NCBI RefSeq assembly: GCF_020745735.1
Contig: NW_026867603.1
Location: forward strand, 1,984,001 to 2,048,000
Length of the DNA stretch: 64,000 nt
Direction of reading: 5' to 3'
Source: Hemiscyllium ocellatum
Lineage: Eukaryota
Position numbers and translations under genes: made by a program. The notes under the pieces are model-generated. The model saw only the letters and a list, made by a program, of their open reading frames with translations, did no database searches and was not told the origin of the DNA. This document shows, piece by piece, positions 39,100 through 49,944 of this stretch (its first letter is position 1; each line of letters starts with the position of its first letter).

Positions 39100-40480
39100 G
39101 ATTATGAATATACGTTGCATACACAATTAGAACTTTGCTTCATATTTTTGTTTGTACGGTCTCTATTTTAAGGAATATGTTTTTGTGCATGTGTCCCTTA
39201 ATTTATTTGATCTACTGCTTGATGTGTATGGTTTTCCTTTAATGTTTCTGCATGTGGTTATGATTTACTCTGAGTTCATTCTTACCCATGTTTGAGTCTG
39301 TGCATGAATAAACATATTCATGCTCCTTTATTGCTGGTGTGTTCGTGCGTTTGTGCACGTAAGTTTTGTTCAATTCACAATGTATAAGCATCTTTATGCT
39401 AATATGCCATTTCACTGATGCCTATGTTTATCTCATAATGTCCTTGTGATTGTTCATTTTTCGTTAGTGCTATCTAAAATGTGTGTTCATGTGTCAATTT
39501 CAGATTCTCGCTTCACTAGTTTATTTTCATGTTTATGCTTAATAAGGATTAGCATATACCATCATGTTTTGATGGATGTTTATTTTTATGTGATGATGTC
39601 TGCTTGTGTGGCAATCTATCCTAAATCATATCCTGATAAGCTTGTTTGTGTTATTGTGTGAGGATGCTTGCTAATGCTTGTGCTATTATCCTTGTTTAAT
39701 AAATGCCCCACTTTTTGTTGATCTGTGCACTTGCGTGTCTGCATGTGAGACTCTGAATTTGTGTGTGTATGTGACCGCGTATACGTGCTGATCAACGTGG
39801 CTTAAAAATAAAAAAAAAAGCTGCCTCTGTCATCATATGTTTGTGATAATAAAAAATGGGAAAATAATGAAATTTACGCTCTCTCTGTGCACTTATGTGC
39901 CTGTGTATGTCGACATGCAGGAGGGCATATTTTGGTATGTTGTATTTGTGTTCATGCATGTATGCCTGAATGCATTGTGCTAGGAAAAAATGAGGACTGC
40001 AGATGCTGGACATCAGAGCTGAAAACAATGTGTTGCTGGAAAAGCGCAGCAGGTCAGGCAGCATCCAAGGAGCAGGATAATCGACATTTCGTGCCTAAGC
40101 CCTTCTTCAGGAATGCACTGTGCTGCATGAATGCATATGAATTTGTGTCCATTTATGTGTTACCGTGTGTCTATGTTTTTCATGGTTATGTATGAGTACC
40201 CCTGTTTATTTCTGTATGAGCTTTTCTTTCGGTGTATGTGAGTTTTTGGAAAAGCTCAGGTGAATGTTCAAGTACCATTTGCATGTGTGGTTCTGTGCGT
40301 GTATGCGTATGTGATGTCTTATCTATATGCACATCTGAGTGGATGTGCATAACTATTTATCTTTATGTGAGAGTCTGTATATGTGTCTTTATGTTTGTAT
40401 TTGTGAGCATATCTCTGTATCTGCGTGTGCTTCTGCTCTTATACCAAACTGCAATTTGTATTATTCGAAGTTGGTGGTTC
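39100..40480. repeat. TG/TA-rich low-complexity tract in the Cmu4-TM1 intron
   Basis: Many short tgtgt/tatgt/gcatg runs on the plus strand; interrupted by a Penelope-like derivative at ~39985-40117. Confidence 0.55.
39985..40117 (-). mobile_element. Penelope-like terminal-repeat derivative with hammerhead-like core
   Basis: Closely matches 26113-26243; minus strand CTGAAGA AGGGC TTAG GCAC GAAA at 40087-40110. Confidence 0.85.
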
Positions 40481-41489
40481 TAATTTTAATTGATTGCCCA
40501 CGATAACATCGACCTTGTTTTATAGGAAACATTTCCCATCATCGTAAAGAGATAAGTGTTTTATGTGCGATTCTTCTGTTGCAGTGATAGAATTTCTGTC
40601 TCTGAGGCAAAAGGCCTGAGTTCAAATCCCGACTGCCCCAGAGATGTTTAATAACGTTTCTGAATATGTTTATTAGAAAATAGTTACTTGTGTTCTGTAT
40701 TTGAAACAATGGCAAAGTAGTTGTTAGAATATCATAATTGATCCTATAAGTTCCAGAAAACTGAGACAAGACTATGAAATTCACACCAGGACTATGCAAA
40801 TATCAGTTCTGGATTATGGAGTCACTGTCAATCATTTGTTACCAGGGCCAGGCATGTCCAACATGCTTCAAAGTATTATTTTGCATGGAAGTTTTACATT
40901 TTCAAACAGTATGCAAGAAGCCAAATGTTCCTGTTAGTAACTGGGTTATATTACAGAGGACCACCACCGAGAAAACTCTGCACTAGGAGTAAGAGTACAG
41001 ATAGTTCATCATCCTCCTCCCCTCTTCCCTGTTCTCCACAACAACCTATCTGTCGGTTTTCTTTGGTGTGAAACTAAAGATGCATTCTGTCAACTCATGA
41101 GTTGGTGCAAGATCCCTTACATTTCCCCAGAAATAAATGTTAAATTCAATTTGATCTCCACACTATACGATTGGTCTGTCCAATCAAAACTAATTTTAAA
41201 AGTCTCTTAGTTTACGTTTCTAATTGGTGAATTGTGACAGTTTAAAACTGACGTGAATTTTGTAAGAATGGCCAATCGAGGAATCAGGAACACCAAGATC
41301 AAAACTTGTGTTCTCCCCTTGATGTAGAATGGACGTTGTCAGATTCCATCACAGTGGGATTTAGGATGGATGAGGTACTTGGCGGAATCGTGCAATGAGT
41401 GAGCTTTACTCAGTCTCTCACCCAGGGTGTATCGGAGCAGGGAACATAACTGCACAAGACACACTTCCCAGACCTGTTAATGATTCAAT

Positions 41490-41738
41490 TTAACTTTGTG
41501 CAATGTGTGCATTGTCCGCGCGTCTGCGTGGGTTTCTTTTGGGTGTCCCAGTTTCCTCCCACGGTCCAAAGATGTGCAGGTTAGGTGACTTAGCCATGTT
41601 AAATTGCCCGTAGTGTTGGTTTCGTTAGTCAGGGGTAAATGAAGGGTAATGGATCTGAGTGGGTTGCTCTTCGGAAGGTCGGTGTGGACTTGTTGGGCCG
41701 AAGGGCCTTTTTCCACACTGAAGGTAATCTCATCTCAT
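41490..41738 (+). mobile_element. 5'-truncated HE1-like SINE
   Basis: gtctgcgtgggtttc...gatgtgcaggttagg...gggccgaagggcc...taatctcatct. Confidence 0.88.
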
Positions 41739-41828
41739 TTAAACTGCACAGATGAAATAGAAGTAAGAATGAAATCAATTCATTCAGCAGTTGTATATTT
41801 AGCTCACAACTAGAGGAACAAAAAATGC

Positions 41829-41874
41829 TTTATTACTTTTGTTGAATTATTGAATCAACGTTGAGATTTTTATT
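41829..41874 (-). terminator. Secretory-form poly(A) signals
   Basis: AATAAA at 41869-41874 (overlapping the ancestral CAA TAA stop) and at 41829-41834. Confidence 0.7.
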
Positions 41875-41929
41875 GACATGAATTAACAGTGTCCGTCAGT
41901 GCAGTGAAATGCCTAAAAACGTGATTTAC
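41870..41929 (-). pseudogene. IGHM: Disrupted IgM secretory tailpiece
   Basis: In frame reads GKSRF-TAG. The remnant ...gca ctg acg gac act gtt aat tca tgt caa taa (ALTDTVNSCQ*) survives out of frame. Confidence 0.85.
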
Positions 41930-42259
41930 CACTCGACTTATTGACAGTTCTGTTGATGATCTTCAATGGAATCGCTTCATGTCCCACCACACAGGAGTAA
42001 GAAGTACCGCTGGCCCACTCCTCCGCTGTAATGGATAACAAGCTGTACATGAAGAAGGAGGTGTTGTTGATCTCCACCATCACCTCAGTGTTCTTGTAGT
42101 TACTGGGATTCACCGGCTTGTCATTGTTTGTCCACTTGACGAAGATATCTCGGGGGTAGAAACCCCTCACTAAACAGGTGAGGGAGAGAAACCTCTGAAC
42201 GGAGGTTTCTTCTGCTGGTGGCAGGAACACAGACACTGATGGCTCCAGTGTATTAATCA
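41930..42259 (-). CDS. IGHM: Cmu4 exon (to the internal membrane-form donor)
   Basis: ttttgcag|TG ATT AAT...; [19 protein letters not shown]...[23 protein letters not shown]; donor AGT G|gtaaat; 330 nt. Confidence 0.96.
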
Positions 42260-42318
42260 CTGCAAAATATTTGAGACAAATATAAATCAACTATAAAAAT
42301 CCAAAATCAATATCACGA

Positions 42319-42473
42319 TGTCCCAGTTTCCTCCCACGGTCCAAAGATGTGCAGGTTAGGTGACTTAGCCATGTTAAATTGCCCGTACTGTTGGTTTCGT
42401 TAGTCAGGGGTAAATGAAGGGGAATGGATCTGGGTGGGTTGCTCTTCGGAAGGTCGGTGTGGACTTGTTGGGC
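42319..42473 (+). repeat. 155-bp local duplicate of SINE segment 41544-41698
   Basis: 3 mismatches in 155 bp, and the two copies share private variants. Confidence 0.92.
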
Positions 42474-42866
42474 GAAATATTAAAATATGCCATTCTTAAT
42501 TTGGGATTTATTCACATTCATTTTCTAATAGGAGCAGAGTGGTAGACATTATGTTCAATTAAAGATGTAAAAAGTTTAATTTGAAAGTCGCGTCCATGTT
42601 TCCAGCCCACAACGAGGACATTCTGTCCATGTGTCATTGCTGATGGTGACGTAACAACCCAGGTTCCTTCCCACCTTATCTGATTTAATCGGAATAGAAT
42701 AGCCTTTGGTCTGTCTCTTTCTTAATCAGATACTTAGCTTTTCTGTTATCAAGTACATGATTTATGCTCCCAACAGTGTTTGCTCATTACCAATCAAAGC
42801 TTACCATTGATGTGCCTGGATCTCAATTACACATCGAATTCTTTGTGCTTTAATCCCACCGCTCAC

Positions 42867-43175
42867 CTTTCTTCTTGTGGATGGAGTCTCTCAACGGAGT
42901 TTGTAGATTCTGATGGTACACCACACATTCAAAAGTAATGCCACTCAGCCAGGAATCAGTCGCAATTTCTAATTTGCTGATTGCACTGCCAGGATTCTGT
43001 CCAGACTGGTCAGCAATTTCTAATTTCAGAAGCTTCTTTTCTCGTATCCAGGTGACGTTGAATCCAGAAGGAAGATTGGACACAAGGCATCTTAACGTCA
43101 CCTTCGCCTCCAGCAAGACCTGTTCTATTGGTGGCGGGAGGATTTTAACTGTGTAATCATGGCACGCAGTATCTC
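42867..43175 (-). CDS. IGHM: Cmu3 exon
   Basis: catag|GA GAT...AAG AAA G|gtgagc; [22 protein letters not shown]...W...[20 protein letters not shown]; 309 nt, open. Confidence 0.96.
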
Positions 43176-44404
43176 CTATGAAACAGCAATCAAAATCAAT
43201 GTAAAATGCCTTTTCAGATTCAGTACACCCACTCTTATTGGTTATTTCGTCACAAGGTGAACTAACCACCTTCGAAATGGCAACTTCTAACTCTTGCTGA
43301 AACGATACTTACTATTATTCATATATTTTGATCTGTGAAAGAATTCGTGATTACCTATAACGTAAGCTGTGTAATTATTCCTAAAGAACATTGGCTTTGT
43401 AAAAAGTGAAACCTGAGAAAAAAGTAAAATAATCGAAGACACCATAATGTAATTCACGGAGTTATCTTTCTTTCAGAGTTGGTCTCTTACTTAAGACCAT
43501 CTATTGATACTTGGGACAAGAGTAATCCGTATGTAATGAGTTCACTTCTATGTCCATGAACGTTCCGTGCAAATGCTGCTGGTCACACTAATTGCCAAAT
43601 CAGTTATCGAATTTCGGACAAATTGTATTTAAACATAATTATTCTCTTAGTTTTCATGCATTTGCAGAGGTTTTAAAGTGTTACAGAAACGGTGAATGGC
43701 CATGGAAATTCTGTTAATTTTATTTTCCGTGATCGAAAATACTTGGCATTATTGGTGTGAGACGATTCTCTAATTTATGTCATTATTCCTTGTGAGCTGA
43801 ATTTGAAGTTGACCTGAAAACAAGGCACTGAGTACAGCACTAGACATCGTGAAGAACACCCATCCCCTCAAGTCTTTCCTTCCATTCAAAGAGTTCATGA
43901 CAGGTCTGTAGATTCAATTTATTTACCAGGCTGCATTTTTTTTTACTTTCTTCATTGAAAAAAAACAGCAGAAACATCTTAAATTAATCTACAAACTCGA
44001 TGGAAATTTGCACTAGTTTTATTCAGATGTATACTCACTATGTAAACATCCCCAAGCCAAATCAGGCTGAATCAGCCTGGCTCTAATTCCTAGTTCATTC
44101 ATCCCTATTGAGCATTCCCACCAGAATTTATTTTCCTGCCTCATTCGCTAATTTCGGAGAACGTCTGTAAGAAGCTCAGTGAGATTGCGTTTATCCTCGT
44201 TAATCAAATGTGAAACCCACTTGGTCTGTGGCCACATCCCATAAATGAAGTCGAATAGCTTAGTACCAGATATAAAAAAAAGTCTGTGTCGTACAATGCC
44301 CAAGGCAATAAGTCATTCTTGAGCATGGAATGAAGTATTGAACGTGTTTTCATTTGTTTGCAAGTAAGGGTTACTGCATATTTTTACCATGTCACTTTGA
44401 GACC

Positions 44405-44720
44405 ACAAAACTATAAAATAGAGGATCAAAATGAGGCTATTCGGTCAATCAAGTCTTCTCCGCCATTCAATTATGACTGATATGTTTCTCAACCCCATTC
44501 TCCCGCCTTCTCCCCGTACTAAGCAAGAGCTGATCATTTCTGTTTGAATACAGACAATGGTCTGGGCTCCACAGCCCTCTGCAGCAATTCGCTCCATAGA
44601 TTAGTTACCCTCTGGAAGAGGAAATTCCTCCCCATCTTAGTATCAGATGGTGCTCCCTTTGACTCTGAGACTGTGCCCGTGGGCCCTACTATCGCCTACT
44701 GGTCAAAACATCTACTATAC
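44405..44720 (-). mobile_element. Degraded CR1 3' fragment in the Cmu2-Cmu3 intron
   Basis: ccattcaat...ccccattctcccgccttctcccc and ctccacagccctctg...ccctctggaagaggaaattcctc resemble reverse-complemented CR1 ends. Confidence 0.6.
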
Positions 44721-45095
44721 GTTCACTCTAACTTGGACTGTCAGTTTTCAATCAGATGCCTCTCAGACACCCCTGACCCCAAATTATCCTTTTGGCCGCT
44801 ATCAGGCAAGGACTCGGCACTCTGAATGCCTCTCCCAGCATGGTCAGCCAACAAACTATTTAACAAAGTTCACTGTCTACTCGTCTTCAACAAAGAGGAA
44901 ACATGCTTTTCTGATTAGCTAAAATAATGAATTATGAGCAATGATAATGCGACACTCAAACAGAAATACGAGGCACATGACATTTTGGGAAATGAGAAGC
45001 TGTACAGATTTGTTTACTAAGCCTGATAAAACTGTGTGTTTGATTCATAGGCGAGTTCAAAATGATTTGTAACCCTCTTAGTATGTGTCTCTTAC

Positions 45096-45401
45096 CCTGG
45101 AATGCGGTGATATTTTTACTTTGAGTGTTCTCTCCATGAGTGACCTGGCAGGTATAGACTGCGCTGTCGAACCATTCACTATAACGGACCGTCAGGCGAC
45201 TCGTCACCGAAAAGTTCCCGCTCGCCTCACACACAGGAGACGTGAAGAAGCCAGAATCTAAAAGTCGGCCATTTTTCAACCAACTCACTGAGATTGACTT
45301 TGGATAGAAATCGAAGATTGAACAGACGAGAGTTGCATACTTGTTGCTTGCGATTTCTTCATTGGGACTCACAGTTAGGAGAAGAGTTGGAGGGAGAACA
45401 T
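45096..45401 (-). CDS. IGHM: Cmu2 exon
   Basis: ttcag|AT GTT CTC...TTC CAG G|gtaaga; [23 protein letters not shown]...YTCQVTH; 306 nt, open. Confidence 0.96.
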
Positions 45402-45559
45402 CTGAACCTTAAGGAAATATATATGAATAAATTATCTGACGAATTTAATAACAAATGCAATCAGTTCTTATATATTATACTAATCCCGATATTACCAGAA
45501 TCATAATTTGCAGAGTGCTAGAGAAGCTGAAATCCATACAGAAAGATCAGCAGGGCAAT

Positions 45560-47340
45560 GTGAAGGGCTAAAATTAGAGGACTCTGCAAGGGAATGTAAG
45601 AGGCATAAAAATGATAGGCTGGTCAAATTAGAAGGAACGTAACAACTTTTGATGGTATTCATTTTAATGAAAGAGTTTGATGAACAAGGCGGATGAATTA
45701 ATTGCGTAAACGAGGAAATTATGCGATTGGTCTCATGGTGACATGTTGAGAGAGGGGCAGAAGTGACTATTCAATATTCCACAATTTAGTGCCTTCAGGC
45801 GAGACAGGGAATGATGGGAAAAATGGGGTAATGGGTGAGTGGTCGAAAATGCCCGTTCTGTAGTAATTCTGACGAGAGTATTTTAGACTGGAAAGAGAAA
45901 TGAAATGATGGATACCTCCTCGAACGAAGGCAAATAAACAGTACTTCCAAACCAAAATACAGCAAACATAACTACTGGGAGAGCACGATAGACCTTACTG
46001 TTTTGTCCAAATGGCTGAGAAGTGCAGATACATGGGAAAATATCAGAGCAACGTAAATTAACTTAAACGTAAATTAAATGAGAAAACAGGATTTTGTCTT
46101 CCTCAGCGTGGGCTTGGATATCAATTTTGCCAAAAATTTAGAGGGAACAGAATTCTGAAAATGCCCCCAGGAGAATATCTTCACAAAGTTTGTGTTTAAT
46201 ACAGAACATTTTAATCCAGACTTTGCAAGAGAGGGGTGAACCTGGACTTTACTTTAGGGATTGAAATCGATCGAGTAGGTAAAAATTAATGTTGGAGCTC
46301 TTTGCAGATGGTGATCTTAAATGTGTTGGATTCCAGATTGTTCTGGAAAAGGATTGAAATGGGTCCAAAGTTCTGAAAGCGGAAGGACAATGTTAATAAG
46401 ATAAGGTAATGGTTTGACCAGAGTGGACTGGAATCTGAAACTTCCTGGTAAATCTAAATCAGAGCATTGTGACACATTTAAAATAAAAGAAATAGGAAAA
46501 GCGCAGGGAGAACATTTCCCATGAATCCACAGCATGGGACCAAGAATGCAGCCAGCCCAGAACGTAAAAGAGCATAGCGGGTGAGATGAAGAGATACAAG
46601 GAAGGCTTCCATTCTATACTGAAATCTCAAAACAAAAGAAATTAGAATGAAGGACAGAATGTGCAAGTGGGTATTTGCAAGAAAAAAAAGTATTAGGAGA
46701 GGAAAAGGGACCATGAAAAAATAATAGCAGTCAAAATAAAGAAAGCTATTTTAATAAGTTATGGGCTCATTCATAAAAGAAACATTCAGGGAACAGTAAT
46801 ACCCATTAGATTATATTATTGGCATGGGCCAGAGGATTACGTTGCAGTCGAAACAAATGTGCTCTGTCAGTTTTCAACAGTAAGAGAAACAATGTGGGGA
46901 TAGAAATCATGGAGGAGTGTTGTAAAGTACTTTCAAAAGTTCGGTCAGATGATGTGATGTTCTTTGTTGTCTTGCTGGATGAAAAGTGGTTATATTTCCA
47001 GGGCAGATGAAATATATAACAAGCTGTTGAGTGATGCAAAGAATGAAATAGTTGTGTCACTGACAATGGTTTAGAATTACTGTCTGACATGTGAGTGCAG
47101 ATCAGCCAACGTTGCATTTGCAAGGATTTTGCCTGGGTTGAAGTATTTTAGTTATGAAAAGATTAGATAGACGGGGGATATCCTTGCAGCAGAGGAGAAT
47201 TAGGGAGAAGATGTTTGCGATGTCTATACCTCAAATAATTCCAGGCAGGCGGAACTGGACAAAAACAATCCCCTTGAGGGAGAGATCAATGCCTCAGAGG
47301 CACAGGATGAAGGCATGGCCAGGAGTTTTTAGATGGATAT
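45560..47340 (+). mobile_element. Old CR1-like remnants in the Cmu1-Cmu2 intron
   Basis: Fragmentary CR1-like ORF2 wording with many indels; recognised by eye only. Confidence 0.35.
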
Positions 47341-47660
47341 CAAGCCAAAACAATATCAAACAGAGGGTTATGTGAGTCTGGAGCTCAGTGCTGACAAGTT
47401 ATGTAGAGATTGAGCCCCTCATAACATGTATGAAATATTTAGATGCATACTTGCAAAGGCAAGTCACACAAGGCAACGGATCAAGTGTTGGCACATGAAA
47501 CTGAAATAGTCAGGTGGATGTTATTTTTAGGTGTGGACTGGATGGACCAACGGGCCTTTTCCTGTGCTGTGTAAAATGCTTCTGTGAGAATGGTTATCAA
47601 TAATGCCTTATTCATGCTAATCACAGATGTTCTGTTGATCTCAGTTCCCACAACACTTAC

Positions 47661-47954
47661 CTGGACATGGCATTTCTTTGATCTTGTGTTGAACCTCACA
47701 GTAGATTTTGCTGGGGCAATCTACTGCTGACCCGGGCAGGGTTAACTGGCTGCTCTGGGTATAGGTTCCACGCTTGTTTCTCACTGATCAGTAAGTCTTC
47801 AATCCAGTCGTGATTAACTCCCCACCTTTCTTCCAGGTTACCTTGGTTACATCAGGGTAATAGTCCATTGCCAAACAACCAAAGATCAGAGAACTGGTGT
47901 TGTGGTCCTCACAGGAGGAGACCAGGCCATAAAGCGTGGGGGGAGACGGTGTCT
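47661..47954 (-). pseudogene. IGHM: Cmu1 exon with in-frame nonsense codon
   Basis: tcgtag|AG ACA CCG...; [15 protein letters not shown]...FGCLAMDY...VTWKK...[20 protein letters not shown]...[16 protein letters not shown]|gtaagt; 294 nt; TGA at 47788-47790. Confidence 0.93.
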
Positions 47955-48304
47955 CTACGATAGAACGATCAATTGAGCACATTAGTTTCTGTTAATTTGT
48001 CCATATTAGTTACTCACATTCATCTTCATTTGTAAACGTTTTCCAGCATGCTCCTGCTGAAGTCCACAGTAACACTGGAGTTTATTTTTGCTTCTTAACA
48101 GATGTCGATCATGATCTATATGTTTCCTCTTCATAAACATGCCCTCTATCTTTACCATTACCATTTAATTTAGGAAGAAGAACATGCTGATCCCACCCAG
48201 TAACTGTTTCAAAATCTCACCAACTGACGCTTTCACTGAATTGCAAGTGAAGAGCGGAGAGGTTTCACAAAATACAAACCAAGGAAATGCGGATTCATCA
48301 AAAT

Positions 48305-48640
48305 TCTACAGTGTGTGCAAACAGGCCATTTGGCCCAACATATCCACACCAACCCTCTGAAAAGTAACCATCCAGGCCCATTGCTCTACCCTGTTACTCT
48401 ACATTTAACTCTGACTAATGGACCTAACATGCCAATCCCTGAACACAGAATGCTGAAACTGCAGACCTCACTTTCTCCGTGAACACAGTTTGCACATCTT
48501 TGGACCTTTGGAAGAAACCCACACAGCCACAGAGAGAATGTGAAAACTCCACACAGACAGTCACCCGAGGATGGAATAGAACCCGAGTCCCTAGTGCTTT
48601 GAGGTAGCAATGCTAACCACGGAAACAGTGTGCCACCCGA
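48305..48640 (-). mobile_element. HE1-like SINE
   Basis: Reverse complement of the 25556 family (cacacagacagtcacccgagg...gaacccgagtcc...gctaaccac). Confidence 0.88.
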
Positions 48641-48659
48641 TTAGGTACCGTGCTGCGTG

Positions 48660-48790
48660 AACTCAGAAACAAAATCAGATATTGCTGGAATAACCCGACA
48701 GCTGGCAGTATTTCTGGAAAGAAATCAGAGTGAATAGTTCAGGTCCAGTGACACTTCCTCATTTATCAAGTCAGAATGTTCTCTCTGGGA
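48660..48790 (-). mobile_element. Degenerate Penelope-like terminal-repeat derivative
   Basis: gaaacaaaatcagatattgctggaataa...ctggcagtatttctggaaagaaatcagagt. Confidence 0.45.
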
Positions 48791-49214
48791 AGATAGTCAC
48801 TACAGCAGCAGCATGGGCAGGAGCTGAGCACTGGGACTTGGAGGAAGTCTGTCATAGCTGGACTCATGTCAATTGTCTGGAAGTTGAAACTTCTAATTTA
48901 AAATTATCTGAGTTCTGGAGGACTCTGAAAAATGGAGGAGCATTAGGGTTCAAAGACTTTGAAGGGTTACAACTAACTGAGTTGACTATTTACGTAAAGA
49001 TGATTTGCAAAATTAACAAGTACTCTTTAACTTTAATACATTTCAAACTGTCACGCAGTTCACCACCAAAACCATCATCTCTCAGACTAAGCACTGCTCT
49101 CCCTCGCTGTCTAGACCTAAATTTCTACTCACATGTCCAAATCCTTCCGGTTACTCACCCATTCATCCCCGGAATACACCACCCCTATCACAAGAAACAC
49201 ATCCAAGGCAATCT

Positions 49215-49915
49215 ATATTGGTCATGTCGATGAGCAGAGAGATCCTGGTGTCCATGCATATAGAGCCAGTCAGGTTGATAGGATTGCTAAGAAGGCATAC
49301 ATTGAGTTGGCTTTCATTAGTAGAGGGACTGTGTTTCAAAATCATGAGGTCATGCTGCAGCTGTACGAAACTCTGGTGCGCCTGCTCTTGGAATATTGGG
49401 CATAGTTCTGGTCATCATTTTATAGGAAGAATGTGGAAGCTTTGGAAAAAGTTCAGAGCAGAATAACCAGGATGTTGCCTCGTGTGGCGGGAAGGCTTTA
49501 TGAGGAAAGCATGAGGTTCTTGAGGCTGTTTTTGTTTGAGTGGAGAAGGTTGAGAGGTAACTTAATTGAGAGATATACGATAATCAGAGGGTTAGATAGG
49601 GTAAGCAGAGAGAGTATTTTTCCTTGGATGGTGATGGCTAGCAGGAGGGACATAGCCCTAAATTGAAGGCTGATAGGTAGAGGACAGATGTCAGAAGTAG
49701 TTTCTTTACTCAGAGAGTAGCAAGGGCGTGGACGGCACTGTCTGCAACAATAGTATATGTGTAAAATTTGAGGACATGTAAAATGTCATTGGATGAACAT
49801 ATGGATGAAAATGAAATAGTGGAGGATAGATAGGTTTCAGATTGGTTTCATAGATTGGCATAAAATAGACGCTTGAAGGGACTGTACTGCAGTCTAATGT
49901 TCCATGTTCTACATT
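49215..49915 (+). mobile_element. CR1 LINE 3' fragment
   Basis: Frameshifted ORF pieces (VMLQLYETLVR, MEALEKVQSRITRMLP, RRLRGNLIE); degenerate ctatgtt-like tail. Confidence 0.88.
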
Positions 49916-49944
49916 CTAGATTGATACATAATGTCAATCCCAGA

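Noticed and set aside
44063-44079. 17-bp palindrome caggctga-a-tcagcctg in the Cmu2-Cmu3 intron
   Set aside because: A single short palindrome is plausible by chance in 64 kb and has no supporting context.
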